The notes: generated by a model from the sequence alone, not told the origin. Numbered from the stretch's first letter, positions 24,376-38,095 are shown. The stretch is 64,000 nucleotides of DNA from Oculina patagonica (GCF_052425735.1 NC_135765.1:6262001-6326000), one strand, 5' to 3'. Numbers and translations are program-made.

Positions 24376-24744
24376 TTGTATAAGGAGGCATTACGGCTGC
24401 TCGGCCTCACTTCATTGAGAGAACGGCGCCAACATCTTTGCCGGCAGTATGTCTGTAAACTTCAGGATGTAAATAGCCCTCTTCATTTTCTTTTGCCTCG
24501 ACGTGAGGAGATTGTACATAACTACGATTTAAGATCCGGCACGAGTCGTAGCACCATCAAGTCTTGTAGAACGAAGCGTTCTCAGGACTTCGTCACTTCT
24601 CGCTATTAATCTTGAACTAGCTTGTTTATAATAGAACCTTATATTGTATATATATAATTGTAATTAATAGTTTACATTTTTTTACCTTGTATTTTACTCT
24701 GGAATTCAGTTTTTTTTTACTGCAATGAGTTTTATTAAACATTA

Positions 24745-24778
<34 letters not shown>
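24376..24778 (+). mobile_element. 3' end of a CR1/L2-like LINE with (ATT)n tail
   Basis: YKEALRLLGLTSLRERRQHLC...PLHFLLP...YDLR...CRTKR is typical LINE ORF2 C-terminus; ATTAAA then ATT microsatellite. Confidence 0.78.
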
Positions 24779-24779
<1 letters not shown>

Positions 24780-25943
24780 GGGTTTCAGCTTAAAATGCAG
24801 ATATACGATGCTCTAATTTTGTTGCACATTTTAATTGGTTCAATTGGTTCATTATTCATTATTAGTATGGGTTGGAGCAGAGAGCTACTGCACGTGCTGA
24901 ATACTAATGAGATATAACGACATGATAAACGCGAAGCTCTCTCTCTTGTGAGAATCAAGGTACTTTTAGCCACGCGAATTTTAGATGAATTTTCAAAACT
25001 CAAAGACATACGAGAGAAAAAGAAAAGCTACAGAAAAATGCCTTCTGAGACGAAAAACAAATTCTCCACGTGCAATTTTTGGGGAGTTTAGAGAGCACTC
25101 AAGAAGCTAGAGTTGCTCGAGGCGATGTTACGCTTCGCTTCTTTTGTGCTCTCCAAACTTCCCGCGTGTACCCTTACTCGATAGTATACGTTAAAGCGTG
25201 AACCAATTGTGAACCAATTGAACCTTGAACCAATTAAACTGTGCAACAAAATTAGAGCATCGTATATCTGCATTTTAAGCTGAAACTCTTTATTTGCATA
25301 AGATGCTATAACATTTTGTAATATATCAGGTAACAAATTTCTTCAAAATAAGCTATATGTATAGAGGTCTTCTAAGATGTCATAAAATTATGCACAGAAA
25401 TAGTCTACTTAGGTCCGACGAGCCCGCGGTTTGCGGTATGGACGAGAAGGAGCTTAGGGTGCACTCTTGTCTCGACCCAATCCCTCCTCGCGCTCGTAAA
25501 TCCATGTTCCGCACTCACAAAATGAATTTCTAGAGAAAGAAAAGACCGCAAGCAGTCTAGCACAGAAATGATTTACTTAAGTTTGCTTTCGGTTCTCCAT
25601 TTTGATCCAAAGTTTTTAACAGACTATTGGAAAATCACTTCTGATTCAAATCACTTCGTGACAAATTGTGGTTCTAGTGATTGAGAGATTCAAGTGATCA
25701 TACTAAGGTTCTTTGGCGGTGAGAGTAAGCGGAAAAGGTAAAAAGGAGGATGGACTGTAAGGAGTGAGCAATCATATTTAAGTCTTATTTTTCGCTTTCT
25801 CCTTTTTCCCCCAGACGATACCTATCTCCTATCACCCGCCATGTAACATCTCATACGCATGCTAACATTTTAACATGGGTAAATTGCTTTTAAAAAGTAA
25901 TCTTTAAAATATGCGAAGATGAGGTAATAAAGTTTGTTTTAGT

Positions 25944-28900
25944 CTAAGTGCCTAGGTGTTTTATCTCCTCTTCCAAGCCTATCTTCATGCCAATGGACAA
26001 TTTCAGTTCTGACTTAATTTCGTTCCATAGTTTCTTGAGGACCTTCACAATGGTGATATCCTTTTTGCGCAGGTCTTCCAGCAGAGCTTTCTTTCTTCCC
26101 TGGTTGGTCCAGTTGTACTTCTTTTCAAGACGAGCAAGGAACTGCTCAACACTCTCCGCGCCACTGGGAACTAGTAGGAAGATTCAAAAATAAGGGAGCA
26201 CTATTAATGGCTGCGCATTCACAAGATCTTAATTGCTGCATAATTTAATTAAGCCATTGATATTTTATTCCAGTGTAACACTTAAAATCTGAGTTTAAAC
26301 TCGGGCAAGTGTTCCGAGCTTGAAGATCAACCTCCTTTCCTCGCGTTGTCTTCTTGCTATCTCGCCCTTAACCTGACTTACCACAGACACACATATCACT
26401 GATCTTGTTGAGGTCGGGAAGGTTGAAGTGTTCGGCAACAGGGAATCCGCCTCTTTGGTGGGCAGGGGTTCTGATGGAAGACTTTCAAAAAACGGAGGTG
26501 TTCACCGAAACGGTCCACAACCCTCCTAGGCTCCGTCAAGGAAGATTGAGCCGAATAGCTGGGCCAAAGACCTAATAGTCCTTGGGAGCCCTGGGCTGGG
26601 ACAGGCATTGAATTGCCGGCTTGCTAGTGGGGTGGGCAAAGTCAAGTTTTGCCACTTTCAACAGACTTTGCCAGTCACAAGAATATCGTGGTATTGTTGC
26701 CATGATTAGACTACGAACAGTCCCGATTTTTTTCGCAGAGTCCGTCGGGCTTGAAGCGAAATTTGTTTTGGAAGAGTCCGTCGAGCGTGATGCGAAAAAA
26801 TAAAAAATGTCATTTTGCCGCTCAATAATTGAGCTGCCTAGCTGCCACATTGTTGCAGCTAGGCAGCTCAATTCTGTTGCCCCAAAATGACAATCATGGC
26901 ATAGACTACGAGAAGTCCCTATTTTTTCACAGAGTCCGTCGAGCTTGAAGCGAAAACTTTTTTTCGAAGAGTTTTTTTCGAAGATAGGGACTTCTCGTAG
27001 TCTATGCCATGATTGTCATTTTGGGGCAACAGAATTGAGCTACCTAGCTTAGATGTGATCGGGGACGACAATGCACACGGACTCCACTAGCCCTCCGAGG
27101 CTAGCTAGGGGCTCTCAGGAGGAGGGAGGCTGGGTGCCAGTGAATTGGAGGCCTTTCTGTCAGAGTAACCCCCCCCCCCCCCACCCGGGCAGTCTACTGG
27201 ATACCTTTTGCTAAAACAGGGCAGAAATATAAATATAAATTTCTTTGAAAACATTTAATGCTCAGCAAACAGCAATAAGTTCGTACCGTGTCCTATCACA
27301 GGGGGCCCAACTGTAAGATATAACTGTAACAAGTATTCCATTCAAAATTTATGATTGAAAGCGAATTGAGTCCCTTTGGTCAGGCGAATTTTAAGTGAAC
27401 TAAAGCGCATGTCGCGAGAAAAGAGAAAGATATTTTTTCTGACGCGACGGTTATAAAACATATAATCCTGCAGAGGATTTATGGTATAAATCTGCTTACT
27501 GTTGTCCAGTTTCCAACGTGCCTAAATTAATCTGCATCTGCGATGATGCAAATGGCTATAAAAATGCTTCTAATGATATTAAAACCACAACATATTAAAT
27601 CCCTTCTAAAAGCATCTTTATACAAAAAGAATATCGATAGAAAACTACAATACTTACCTCCAGTCATGGCTTTCCTTTCCATCTGATTCTTCTCTCGCCG
27701 CTTGCTAAATTGTATGAACCTTTCAGCGGAGACCAGAGCGGAATCCAGAATGTGTAGAGCGGCTCGATCCACTTCATAGGACATCATTTCATGCTCATCA
27801 TATGAGGTGTAAATCGTAATAAAGTGTGTACTCTGGTTAGAACTGCCGGTTGTCCTCTGCGCCATTTTTAAAACTGCATCCTGGTCCTTCTTCAAAAGTG
27901 TCCGTTTATCCAGGCAGGTAATCGCTGTCACGGGAGCATAACCTTAAAGTAAAGAAAAAGGAATCAGTCACAGGACAATAAGCTGTAAAATGAGGTAAAA
28001 AGTTATCAGCCACAAGTGAAAGGTTAGCAGTGACCGGAACATAACTGTGAAGTATTAAATGGAGTATGGGCACCATGTTGCGCGACGTCAACGTCGTACG
28101 TACGTCGTCGTACGTAGGATGCACGCGCCCGCAACCCATACCACTAGCCACGATGATCGTGAAAAATCAAATTCATAGTTCTCTTATTTCTGTGCATGCA
28201 TGGTTCTCCTATTTCTATGGTTATGGGGCTCCGCTCTGCGTCCCTTCGGGCCGCTCGGGAGCTTCGCTAGAAGGGAAATGGTAAATGCTTTCACAGGAGT
28301 ATGGAATGTAACAGGTTATCAGAAATACAAAGCGCACAGTGACACGACAGGTTGGGCCCAGACTAAGAAAAGTTTTAAGTCAATGTGCAGATAGTTTTCT
28401 TACCTCACAAGAAAAATCACCGTGTCTGCATTTGGCGTCTAAGACATTAATGTCCTAATTAGAAGTAAAGCTGTTAAATGAATTTAACCAGTAGCTGGGT
28501 AAATATCTTTATTACCTTCCTTGTTAAGGTGCTCTCTCAAGGTTTGCAGTTTGTCTCTGTAGCTGCCGTCCATCAAGCACGGATCGTTTCCGTTCAGAAC
28601 AAAAATCACAGCGTGTACGTAATCTGACAAAACTGAATCTATTCTTATTGTGGTGTTTGCCATTTTATCTCCTTCCTTGTCATAATTTCGAACAATTGCA
28701 TCTCCTGGACGAAGTCTGTAAAAAGAAAAAAATAAGAAAAAGAAATAGATGAAAACAGCGTGTAGGTCGTTTTCCAACACAAGAAAAATCGCTGTGTCTG
28801 CATTCATTGTGGACTTAAATGTTTCAATAAGAAGCAAAGCTGTGACATGGATTTCACTTTTGGGGTTAACATGTTCCATGTTATTTTCTTATGTTTATAT

Positions 28901-31900
28901 ATTTTTCAAGTTGATGACACAAACACTCCACAATACAATACTTACAAAGAACTTTATACGGATCATTACTTACAATGTAATAATTTATTCTACAATAGAC
29001 TTTCACAATACATCATAACCTCTACTTAAAAGAAAAGAAGAAAAACGCATTACCTATTTACGGTACATAATACAACACGTTATATCCTTGACAAAAAACA
29101 ACAAATTCAGAATTGCTTTTTAAATAGAACTTATAATTTCTAGCCTCTCTCCTCCGCAGAGGTTCTATGGGGTGTTTGTTGTGGAAATCCGCTGGGTAAG
29201 GTGAGTGTAGGCGCAGAAGAAGAGAGATCCATTCACTCCGCTTTCTTGCGCCAGCACTCACTTTGCTCAGCCGATTCTCCCCACACCGAAAACCCCTATC
29301 GGGAGCCTCTTTGAAGGAGAGAGATTATCTGGAATTATTAAAAACTAGCAATGGTATATCGCAATTCCTGAGTTTTGATTGGTTAACAGGCAATGGTTTA
29401 TGAGCTCATATACCATTGACCACAAATATGGTAGCCGATACTCGTCAACGAAAACAGCTGGGGAACTCAAATATTGCAATTTCTTGGGCGTTTTAATCGC
29501 GCTTGTTGGATATGAGATAGTTATAGCCAACTCGGCGCTATGCGCCTCGTTGGCTATCTACCATCTCATATCCAACGCGCGCTCGTGGAATAATTGTTAA
29601 AGATAACTTCGAGTGAAGTGCAACACTAATTACCTTCCCGACAAAATATCTAACAGCTCGTCCTCCAGCTGCTCATCGCTCAAAAAGAATCCTCTGGTGT
29701 CCACCATTCGTATTTTTTTCTGTAGGTAGTGCTCTTCAAGAACAATGCTACCTTCCAAGCGTTCCAGGTCCGGATCCATGGCAGTCTGGGGTTCTTTAAG
29801 AGCTCTCTGTAAAGTACCTTTTAAAGGCAGTGAGAATGAAGAATGGTTAAAAGAATTTGCAATGGACGGTCAAGAAAAAAGTACTTCAAGCTGGCTCCGG
29901 CGGTATAAGATACTACGGCCTGAAGGAAACTCTTTTTTTTACCGGTGCTTGCTTGAACCTTGATCAATGAAGTATTTATGGTCATGTTACTAGTTATGCT
30001 TCTAAAATAAGGAAGCTAATAGCTGTTGGTCCAGTTATTTAAATTCTGTTCAGTTACCTATGAGATTTGTTTTCCCGGCACCTGCAGGCCCTATTACGGC
30101 AACGCGTATCAAATCGATGTCGTCGACAGCAAGATATTCGAAAGCCACCTCCTTAATTTTTGGGCACTTCTGAAAGTCGTAATTCATCAGCTCGTGTCTA
30201 AGTTGAAACAGTCCTTCGTCTTCCTTTGCTGACTAGAAAAATAAAATGATTGTGTTGAAACAAAACTGAACCAATTAAGGACAGATTAAGTTCACTGAAC
30301 TTTATGGAAAAGGAACTACCAAAAGCTTGTTCAACATTAAGTACAATGAACGTATTAACATTAATGCCAAATAAATCCAGCTTTTACTATAAACTGAAAA
30401 CAAATACGAAAAAAAACTAATGCAAAGAAGAGAAAGACATTTTATAGCAGATGGCATGGCAATATTATCTGCGGTCTCACCTGATCTATACCTAAGAAGA
30501 ACTCTCTGCATTTTCCATACTCATCCGGTGAAATTGTAGTTGTAAGTTTCAGCTCATCAAGCCCAAGCTTTTTCAAAACTTGAGCTGTTACGAGTGTTTC
30601 TTCGGCAACTTCATTTAGATGGCCGCTGCTGTAATCTTTCCACAGTCTTTCAAGGATTTCCAATGAGCTACATGTCACTGTTATCAACAAACTTCCTACG
30701 TTGTAGTTTTTAACGCCAACTCCAAGCTGAACTTTCAAGTACTGCAGTAATAGATCAAAGGAGTCCTTAAACGACAAAATAACAGTCCAGATGGTGAGCT
30801 CTGCGACTGGAGGATTCTGGGGATTTTCTTGATGATGTTCCTCTACCCCAATGCTAATAAGAACTGAACCTGTAAACGCGAAAGAACACATCTTCATTCA
30901 TAATCATTGCAAATTGTCTTTTATGACCTTTAAAGGAGCTATGTCAGGAGGATTTGGCAAATTAATTTTAAGTCTAGGTTGTTTTGAAATTAGTGGTAGG
31001 CAACTTACCCATAAGAAACATTATCTTTGAACATCTTAAGGAAGATATAACCTTAATTTGCGGAAAGAAATCAATCTACGGCTATAAATGTCGACTTTGT
31101 TTTCGAGACCTGCGGAAACAACTTGAGAAAGTAAGGCTTACTTTTTCAAGTTGCAATATGTTACTATCCTACCCATCCGCAGTCACATCGTTGACGGTCA
31201 ACGATGCTCGTTAACAGTTTCAGTGCTCTAGTATAGCAATTTTTAATTAAAATGGACTATTATTTTAAGGTTTCCTGCGACACAAATATACATTTTGACT
31301 GTTTAAAAAAGTGGGTATCCGCATTAGACTCCACTGCAAGCTAGTTCAGTTCAATACCGAGAATACGAATATGGTCTATTAAAAGCAGCAAGCGTAAAAA
31401 ATGCATTTGATAACAATTCTCAACAGAAAAAAATGCTTTGGCGGTAGTACTATTGGTGTGCTCTTGGATAGTAAATTAGAAAACACCAATTCAAGAAGGA
31501 AATTGCAGTCATTGCAAGCAGAGAGGTAATAACGTCATGTTAAAAGAAACCAAACTAACTACAACAGTTTCAAGCACTTTCCATCTGTCATATTTTGATG
31601 GCTCAGTGCTACAAACATTTTGCAGTTACTGCTGCAAAAATGGTATCAAACAAATGCCCGATAATTGTGATTATTTATGACGTCACTAATAACCATAGCA
31701 ACGGTAAAATCTTTAAAAACCACCCTTAATTTTACATTAAAGTGCTTATAACTCAAACCGAGTCCGATGATCCCCATTTTTGTCTCGTGTTACGTCGCGG
31801 TCACGTCGTGAACGACGTGACCGTGACGTAACACGAGATTATCCGAGGGGACTTGGTAGCTCAGGATAGTGCTTTGTGTAAGACCTCTCGTAAGGTAACG

Positions 31901-34900
31901 AAGTGATAAAGTAGCAAGGAAACAAGGTAAGAAATAGACATATTTACATAGATACATTTTGCTGATAAGATGCATCGGGATGCTGTTCTTCGTATTGCGC
32001 GTTTTCTCTTGTCGAGTTTTAAACGTGCTTATTTACACGTGTGAGACATGGTGTAAATGTTTGGATTACTAAGGTATGTGAATAATGTAATATATTACAT
32101 GAAGTATCATCTTTAGTAATACCGCCAAATCTGATAAGGAGATTTTATCTCACATATGTTGCTTAAATAGGTAGTTTTTTACATGGAAAATGAATTTATA
32201 TTTACGGTAGGTTTGTGTTTTGATATTATATTTGCGGTGGGTATTGTTAAAGTATGCGGCTGGCTGAAAAGCTGTTGTTAAATTTCTGTTTGCGTTACAA
32301 GAAAGCCATTTTGGTGCGTGTTAGGGTCGAGGGTTGTTGAGGTCAGAGCAGTTTTCAGATATGTCAAATGATGTGTCAAAAGGAGAATATTAAGTGAAGT
32401 TACCACGCAAACAAAAATATTGATGTGGTATCTCATCTTCGGATTTGTTCGTTTCTTTAAACTTTATTTAGTAAAGAATAGGAAGGGCGTATTGTGAATA
32501 GTGTAGAAACAGAATAAAAGGATTAAGGGAAGTGCGATTATCGTTATCTGAGAAACAGGAAATTAATTTGCTTTGCTTTGTTAATTGTATACGCTTTCCA
32601 GAACGTGATATGATATTTTGAAGACACTAAGGTCACAAAGTCAAATTCATAATTCCTTTTTGTTTGTTTTTCTTAGGGCCGGGTCGCACTAAAAAAAAAT
32701 TTGGAAGAATTTGTTTACTTTGCGGTGAAAATCTATCAACACGCGAGATTTTTAAGTGCGACCTCCACTTAAAAAAAAAGGCGAACCGATTTTCCAAAAT
32801 TTTGTCTTTAATAACAAAGGAAGCCGTCTCCAGTGATAACAGAACCTGTCAGGGAAATGACATTGAAGGTCATGATCGCACGCAATCACAAAGCGCGGGA
32901 ACTTCGCTAGAACACTCGATCATGGATGGAGGTGGCTTTTTTCTCAGTTCAACACCATTTTATCCGGTTACTTTTTTGATCAGCAGCAGCATCAGCAACA
33001 GCAGTTTGGTCCTTTTATGAATGAACTGCATTCGCAGTTAAACGTGGGTGAAGGCAGTCAAAGCAGGCCAGGGAGCGCATCGAGCGATATAACGAGCTCC
33101 CCGACGAGTCCCGTTGCTGTTGCAAGTACATCTACAGCATCTTCTCCCGAATCCGGACCGGCAAAGAGAACTTACGAAAAATGGGTCCGACGATGATCAG
33201 AAATGCTAATTCGTATTTGGGCTGATAATTTCGATCGCCTGAAGAGAAGAGAAGCACGAAAGGTCTGGTATGAAATGAGGCGAGCACTGAACTCGAAATT
33301 TGGCACGAAGAGGACCAGGGATAAAGTCTTTTAAGCGTCAAGCAATCAAATTCATTTCCGGTTGTCACTTGCGAAGCCGGACCAAGATATATTAAGTGAT
33401 AATACACAATACATCTTGCAACAGTATCAACAAAATGCAAGTAATCAACGTTTTCACGGAACATATATCTTGTCCTTCCACGGCGTAAATTTCGAGAGTT
33501 TAAAGCGTATTTTACAAATAGACTTGAGCAAAAACAAACTAAACTAGCAAAACATGTGGCAAAGAAGTGTGAAACAAACAGGAAACCACGCAGCGCAGAC
33601 TATAAATGCAATGACCTCTAGACATTTCCTTGGCCACAATCTTACGGCTCTATTTAATACATAATGCCTCCAGATAAAACAGATCCCCATTAGAAAGAAG
33701 TGAGAAGCAAATTACGTCGAAAAACCTTCTCAGGAAACTAATTTGCTTTGCTTTTCACCACTTCGGCTTTAGATTTCGAGTGTAGTGTCAGGTGACGTTC
33801 TTGCTAAACAAAGACTGAATGTTCGGGCAACATCTGTCGAAGATACTGTGTAGTGGGTAGTCGGGGGGTAGTGTACAATCGGGTCGAGGGTTGTTGGCGC
33901 CAGAGCACTTTTCAGATATGTCAAATGATGTGTCAAAAGGAGAATATTAAGTGAAGTTATCATGAAAACAGAAAAATTGAAGTGGTATCTCATTTTGCGT
34001 TTTGGTAGATTGTTTAAACTTCATTCAGGCCATAATAGGAAAGCAGTATATTGAATACGCGGTAGATACAGAATAAAACCATTAAGGGAAGTGCGAATAT
34101 CGTTATCTGCGAAACGGGAAACAAATTTGCTTTGTTCAGTGTACTTATGTCTTACTAATTAGGTAGCTGTATCAACAAGTTGCGCTGGAAGTTCTAAAAA
34201 GCGTATTGAGAATTAATAATTTAATCAAGGTTATTATATGTGACTGAGGGCTTTTCATGCACAGTTCTAGTTTATTTTCACTGAGAATAATTTTAGTTGC
34301 AAGGTGAGTGAACGGTAGGGTAACATGTTTGTGCAGAGGTGTATATAGAACACTTCTTTTACATATTGGAAGCTATCATCGGTCTTTAAGCGGCAGAGCA
34401 GAAGTAGTTGTTGAATATTGACCTTAATTTTTTCATATGCTCACTAGTGGCGCACGACGGAGTTGTGATTTTTGAACAAGTTATGTAAAATAGAATATTT
34501 ATTTAAAGGACGATTTCTAGAACGTTATATGACATTTTGAAGACACTAAGTCATCAGAATGGGGCTTTGTCAGGAGCCATTACTAGTAATGCGCTCCTGG
34601 CAAATGTACATGTAATTGTAGAAAAAAACTCAACCAAGTGACTTGCCTGAAAATTACATGTAAGTCTCTCAGTTCCATTTACTTACATTGTAATATGAGC
34701 ATTACAGACGGAAGCATTACAGTACAATCCATTTATAATACTGTACATGTAAATACAACTATCATTTTGCCATTTAAATATGCAGATTTTACACAGCTGA
34801 GTGCTCCTGGCTCTGTATATTTCAGAAGTAGGTTAAAAGCTTCAGTAGATTACAAATTGCAAGATTTCATGATTCCTATTCCTATGAACTTGGTAATAAC

Positions 34901-36915
34901 TGCATAAAACAAATACGAGGAGCAACGAGTCTTTCTTCCAATCCGCCAGATTTCCACATTTCCACACTTCCGGAGATAGACTGTTAACTGTTTTGCAGTC
35001 TATGATTGTGGTGGAAATGGAGACTGTTTTCGTTTTTCGAAGTGTTAGTCATCAGATCTTTAACTCGGTAGCAAGTCATTTGCTGCCCTCAGGGCCGATG
35101 GCGAATAGGGAAGTAGGTAATTAAGTATGTAATTAGCAAATCATTTGATAGTGCGTTTTGCAGTTGTTGAATACCTTAGAAATCATTGCGAAGATTTTGT
35201 TGAGTTTTTTAGAAGGACAGTTGGACAGGTTTGACTATTTGAGTAGAATGTGAAGAAAGGGCACATGGTGCGATGCTGGTATAGCACAAGCTGTTGCAAA
35301 TGTCAGCTGTGTATTCAAATGCTTGAGAATGAAATTTGAGAATTAATATTGTAGAATCCGGAGATGGTTTTTCTGAGCTTATATGATTGTTAGCAACGGG
35401 TGCTACTTTACTGATCTGTAACACGAGACAGCCCAACGGGCACTTTGATTCATTATGGAATAACTCTTTTGTAAAGTTGACAAAATATATCCGGAGCGGT
35501 TTTAGAGCAACCTTAAACATTTCAATATTTCAGGAGGCTCTGAAATGAGGGTCACTGAACACGTTTTTGATACATAAGCACTTAAAAAAGAAATTTAGGG
35601 TGTATTAACAGGTTATACTGTTGCTATGGCAACCAGTGAAGTCATCATTTGTTTGATATCAGTATTTGTTAAGGATGGGCCGATACTGGTTTTTCAAAAC
35701 GATACGATATCGATACGATATTTGCCTTTTTTCTCGATATCGATCTCGATATCGATATTATGACGTCATTTCCATCCTGATGTCATTGGTTTGTCACGTG
35801 ACCATACAAAGGACAGACCTGGCATTATAAATGTTAGCCAAGAATGCTGATTTTGGTCTTTTTGTTTCACTGTTGCATCAGCAATGTGTGGACATAAAGT
35901 CAAGGCAAGAAAAATTCAATTATTGACAAGAACATCAATATTTCTTTGAGCAAAATTGTATTTTTCAACCGCAGGTGCTGACCAGAAGACCGCAGGCTCA
36001 GGTCACGTGTGTAGTATCGAAAGCGTATCGAAAGTGCGATATTTTTCGAAAGTATCGATACTTTTCAAAATTGTCAAAATATCGATGTATCGAACATTTG
36101 GTATCGAGTATCGGCCCATCCTTAGTATTTGTAGTACTGACCTATCAGAGTATGAGAGCTACATGTGTAGCTGGAAACTGTTGTGAGCCCCCTTAAGACT
36201 TTGAGAACTTACCTAGTCTTTGGTTGAGCTGTTGGATTAGACAATTCTGATCTCTAACTTGATCTCTTAGCTGCTCAACTGTATCTTTGACTTCCATGTC
36301 GTTCTTGTACCATAACTGAAGTTCATCCATGTATCTCTGAGCCTGTGTTGTCAGAGGATCATGTAGCAATTCATCAATAGATATCTCCCATTCATCTCTC
36401 TTTACTTGACTAATAGATCCAGCAATCCGTAAGAGAGCCTCGCTGATTTCTCTCCAGAGATTACCGAACTCAGAGTCCGTTATTTCCATTGTCGTGTTGT
36501 GACCGTAAACAGAATTACGGTAGAATTTAATTCGCGCCAAATCTGCTTCAAAACTATAGTCTGTACTGTTTGGTAAATTGTCCCATTTGGTAGAAGGCTC
36601 TGTCAGATTGCATATTGTTCTTAACAATCTGAAAATTAGAGTGATGTCGAAATCTGTGGACTTACCAAACGTACCAGGGGAAGGGGGAGGGTAGAGGCAA
36701 TCCCACATTGGATTGGTAAGTTTTGCTCCCTTCAACTGGGTTTGTATAGCGGGATCACCTAACTTTAATGGCAGATCAGTCGGTGAGTGAAAAGAATCAA
36801 ACTTTTCTCGTAAAAGTTGGACACCACCACACATCAGAAGTCTTGTTAATCGCTGAAAATTTTCTTTTCCCTTCGTTGAACGCAATGCTTTTTCTGCGTC
36901 TGTAAGGGACGCCAT
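25944..36915 (-). CDS. G3: DZIP3-like HEPN + TRADD-N-like + IFI44-family GTPase + SAM-like fusion, 720 aa
   Basis: Exons 36213-36915, 30481-30869, 30058-30232, 29634-29817, 28516-28715, 27658-27942, 25944-26170; GT-AG, phases 1/0/1/2/1/1, 2163 nt open. Walker A GPAGAGKTN, DTRG, HAVIFV, ITCLD. Confidence 0.8.
26857..27049. repeat. 66-bp near-perfect inverted repeat (MITE-like hairpin)
   Basis: Arms 26857-26922 and 26984-27049 with one mismatch; a related partial unit lies just upstream (~26700-26850). Confidence 0.8.
30481..30869 (-). other. TRADD-N-like domain exon of G3
   Basis: GSLLITVTCSSLEILERLWKDYSSGHLNEVAEETLV signature, paralogous to 45271-45680. Confidence 0.7.
31560..36196. mobile_element. 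Composite nested insertion in G3 intron (Kolobok-like outer arms, ~3.7 kb cargo)
   Basis: Left arm ~31560-31780 is an imperfect reverse complement of ~35540-35660 plus 36130-36196, which ends ...gagcccccTTAA; the equivalent G4 intron is only ~650 nt. Confidence 0.55.
35670..36124. mobile_element. hAT-like MITE
   Basis: TIR TAAGGATGGGCCGATAC...GTATCGGCCCATCCTTA, 8-bp TSD GTATTTGT (35662-35669, 36125-36132), internal CGATAC/ATCGAT repeats. Confidence 0.85.
36213..36915 (-). other. DZIP3/hRUL138-like HEPN domain exon of G3
   Basis: ENFQRLTRLL...FDITLIFRLLRTIC...DLARIKFYRNSVYGH...WREISEALLRI; Rx4-6H motif RNSVYGH at 36499-36519. Confidence 0.8.
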
Positions 36916-38071
36916 GTCACGCCACACTTGGACAAACGAGAGAGACGATTTTAGTCCTAGAAACGTCAGGAGAGTAAAAAATAATTATTTTAAAACCTGT
37001 ATGTAAATTTTAACTGTATAAGCTGTTCATTAGTTTATAAAAACAATGTTTCTTTTTTTGTTTGGGAATCGTTTAACATATGTCACTTTTTCATGTTTAC
37101 TTAGTCTGCATCGCGTGACGTCTACAGATTTACTTTCATGTGCGTGACTTATATGTAGGTTTTGCCAGATTTTCAAATCTTGCTTTTCAATAGCGTTGAA
37201 ACAAAAAATAGCTGATTAACACAACTTTGAAAAATACATTATTCTCGATAGCAGATCAATAGAGACATTAAAATTTAATAATTGCAACTTAGAAAGGCAA
37301 TTTCAACCCTGACAGTTCCGCAACTTCTAGGAATTTGCACAGCGACAGAAAAGTGTTTTCCGGAATCGTATCAAACTTATCAGTTATCAGTTGTTTGAGG
37401 GAGGATCTAATTTTCTTTCTGCTTTATATATTTTTCTCTCCGTCCCTCTGGTTTGCTATGAGAAGCACCTGGAAAGTCTCCTGAAAGTATATGAATTTAC
37501 GAAATAAAGGTCATGCGGAGGTTAATCATCATTTTAATAAAATGTTCGTATCTGTCTACGGCGTAATGGCTGTTTATTGTGCGCACTGTCGATTTAGTTT
37601 CAAATTTATTAAACTGTATTCCACACGCTTCCGTCCAGAATCAGATCATTTTGGGAAATTTAAAAGAATCGATGGCTTTTATATGGCAAACGGATACAGA
37701 AGGCGGAGGAAAGAATTTTAACAGCACTGCCCGCAGCACTGCTATCATAAAACAAATGTTATTTTATATGAGCATTAAAGTGTGCATTTAAGAAAATACA
37801 AATTGACGCCACAATTCCCTTTTGAGCGTTGCAATAACTTCATACTTCTGTCACTTACTAAAATTTAACGTTGTGTTAGTCTTTTTGTAAAAATTTCAGA
37901 TCGTCAATCGTTTCGTGACTCGGGGATTTAGCGGTACAAAAAACAAACAGTCTAGCAAATGCATATTTGCAACCAACATCAATAGATACGTTCCTGTGCA
38001 TGCTAAATTCGACAACTCAAGGCGATGCACGATCGCCATACAAGCTACCAAGTTAACAGGCAGGTACTCAC

Positions 38072-38095
38072 GTTTTTAGATTCGAAGTTTCCCAT
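38072..38095 (-). CDS. Upstream micro-exon of G3, MGNFESKN (myristoylation-type); uORF or alternative first coding exon
   Basis: ATG GGA AAC TTC GAA TCT AAA AAC|gtgagtac, homologous to G2 exon 1; ETS site CCGGAAGTG at 38172-38180 upstream. Confidence 0.72.
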
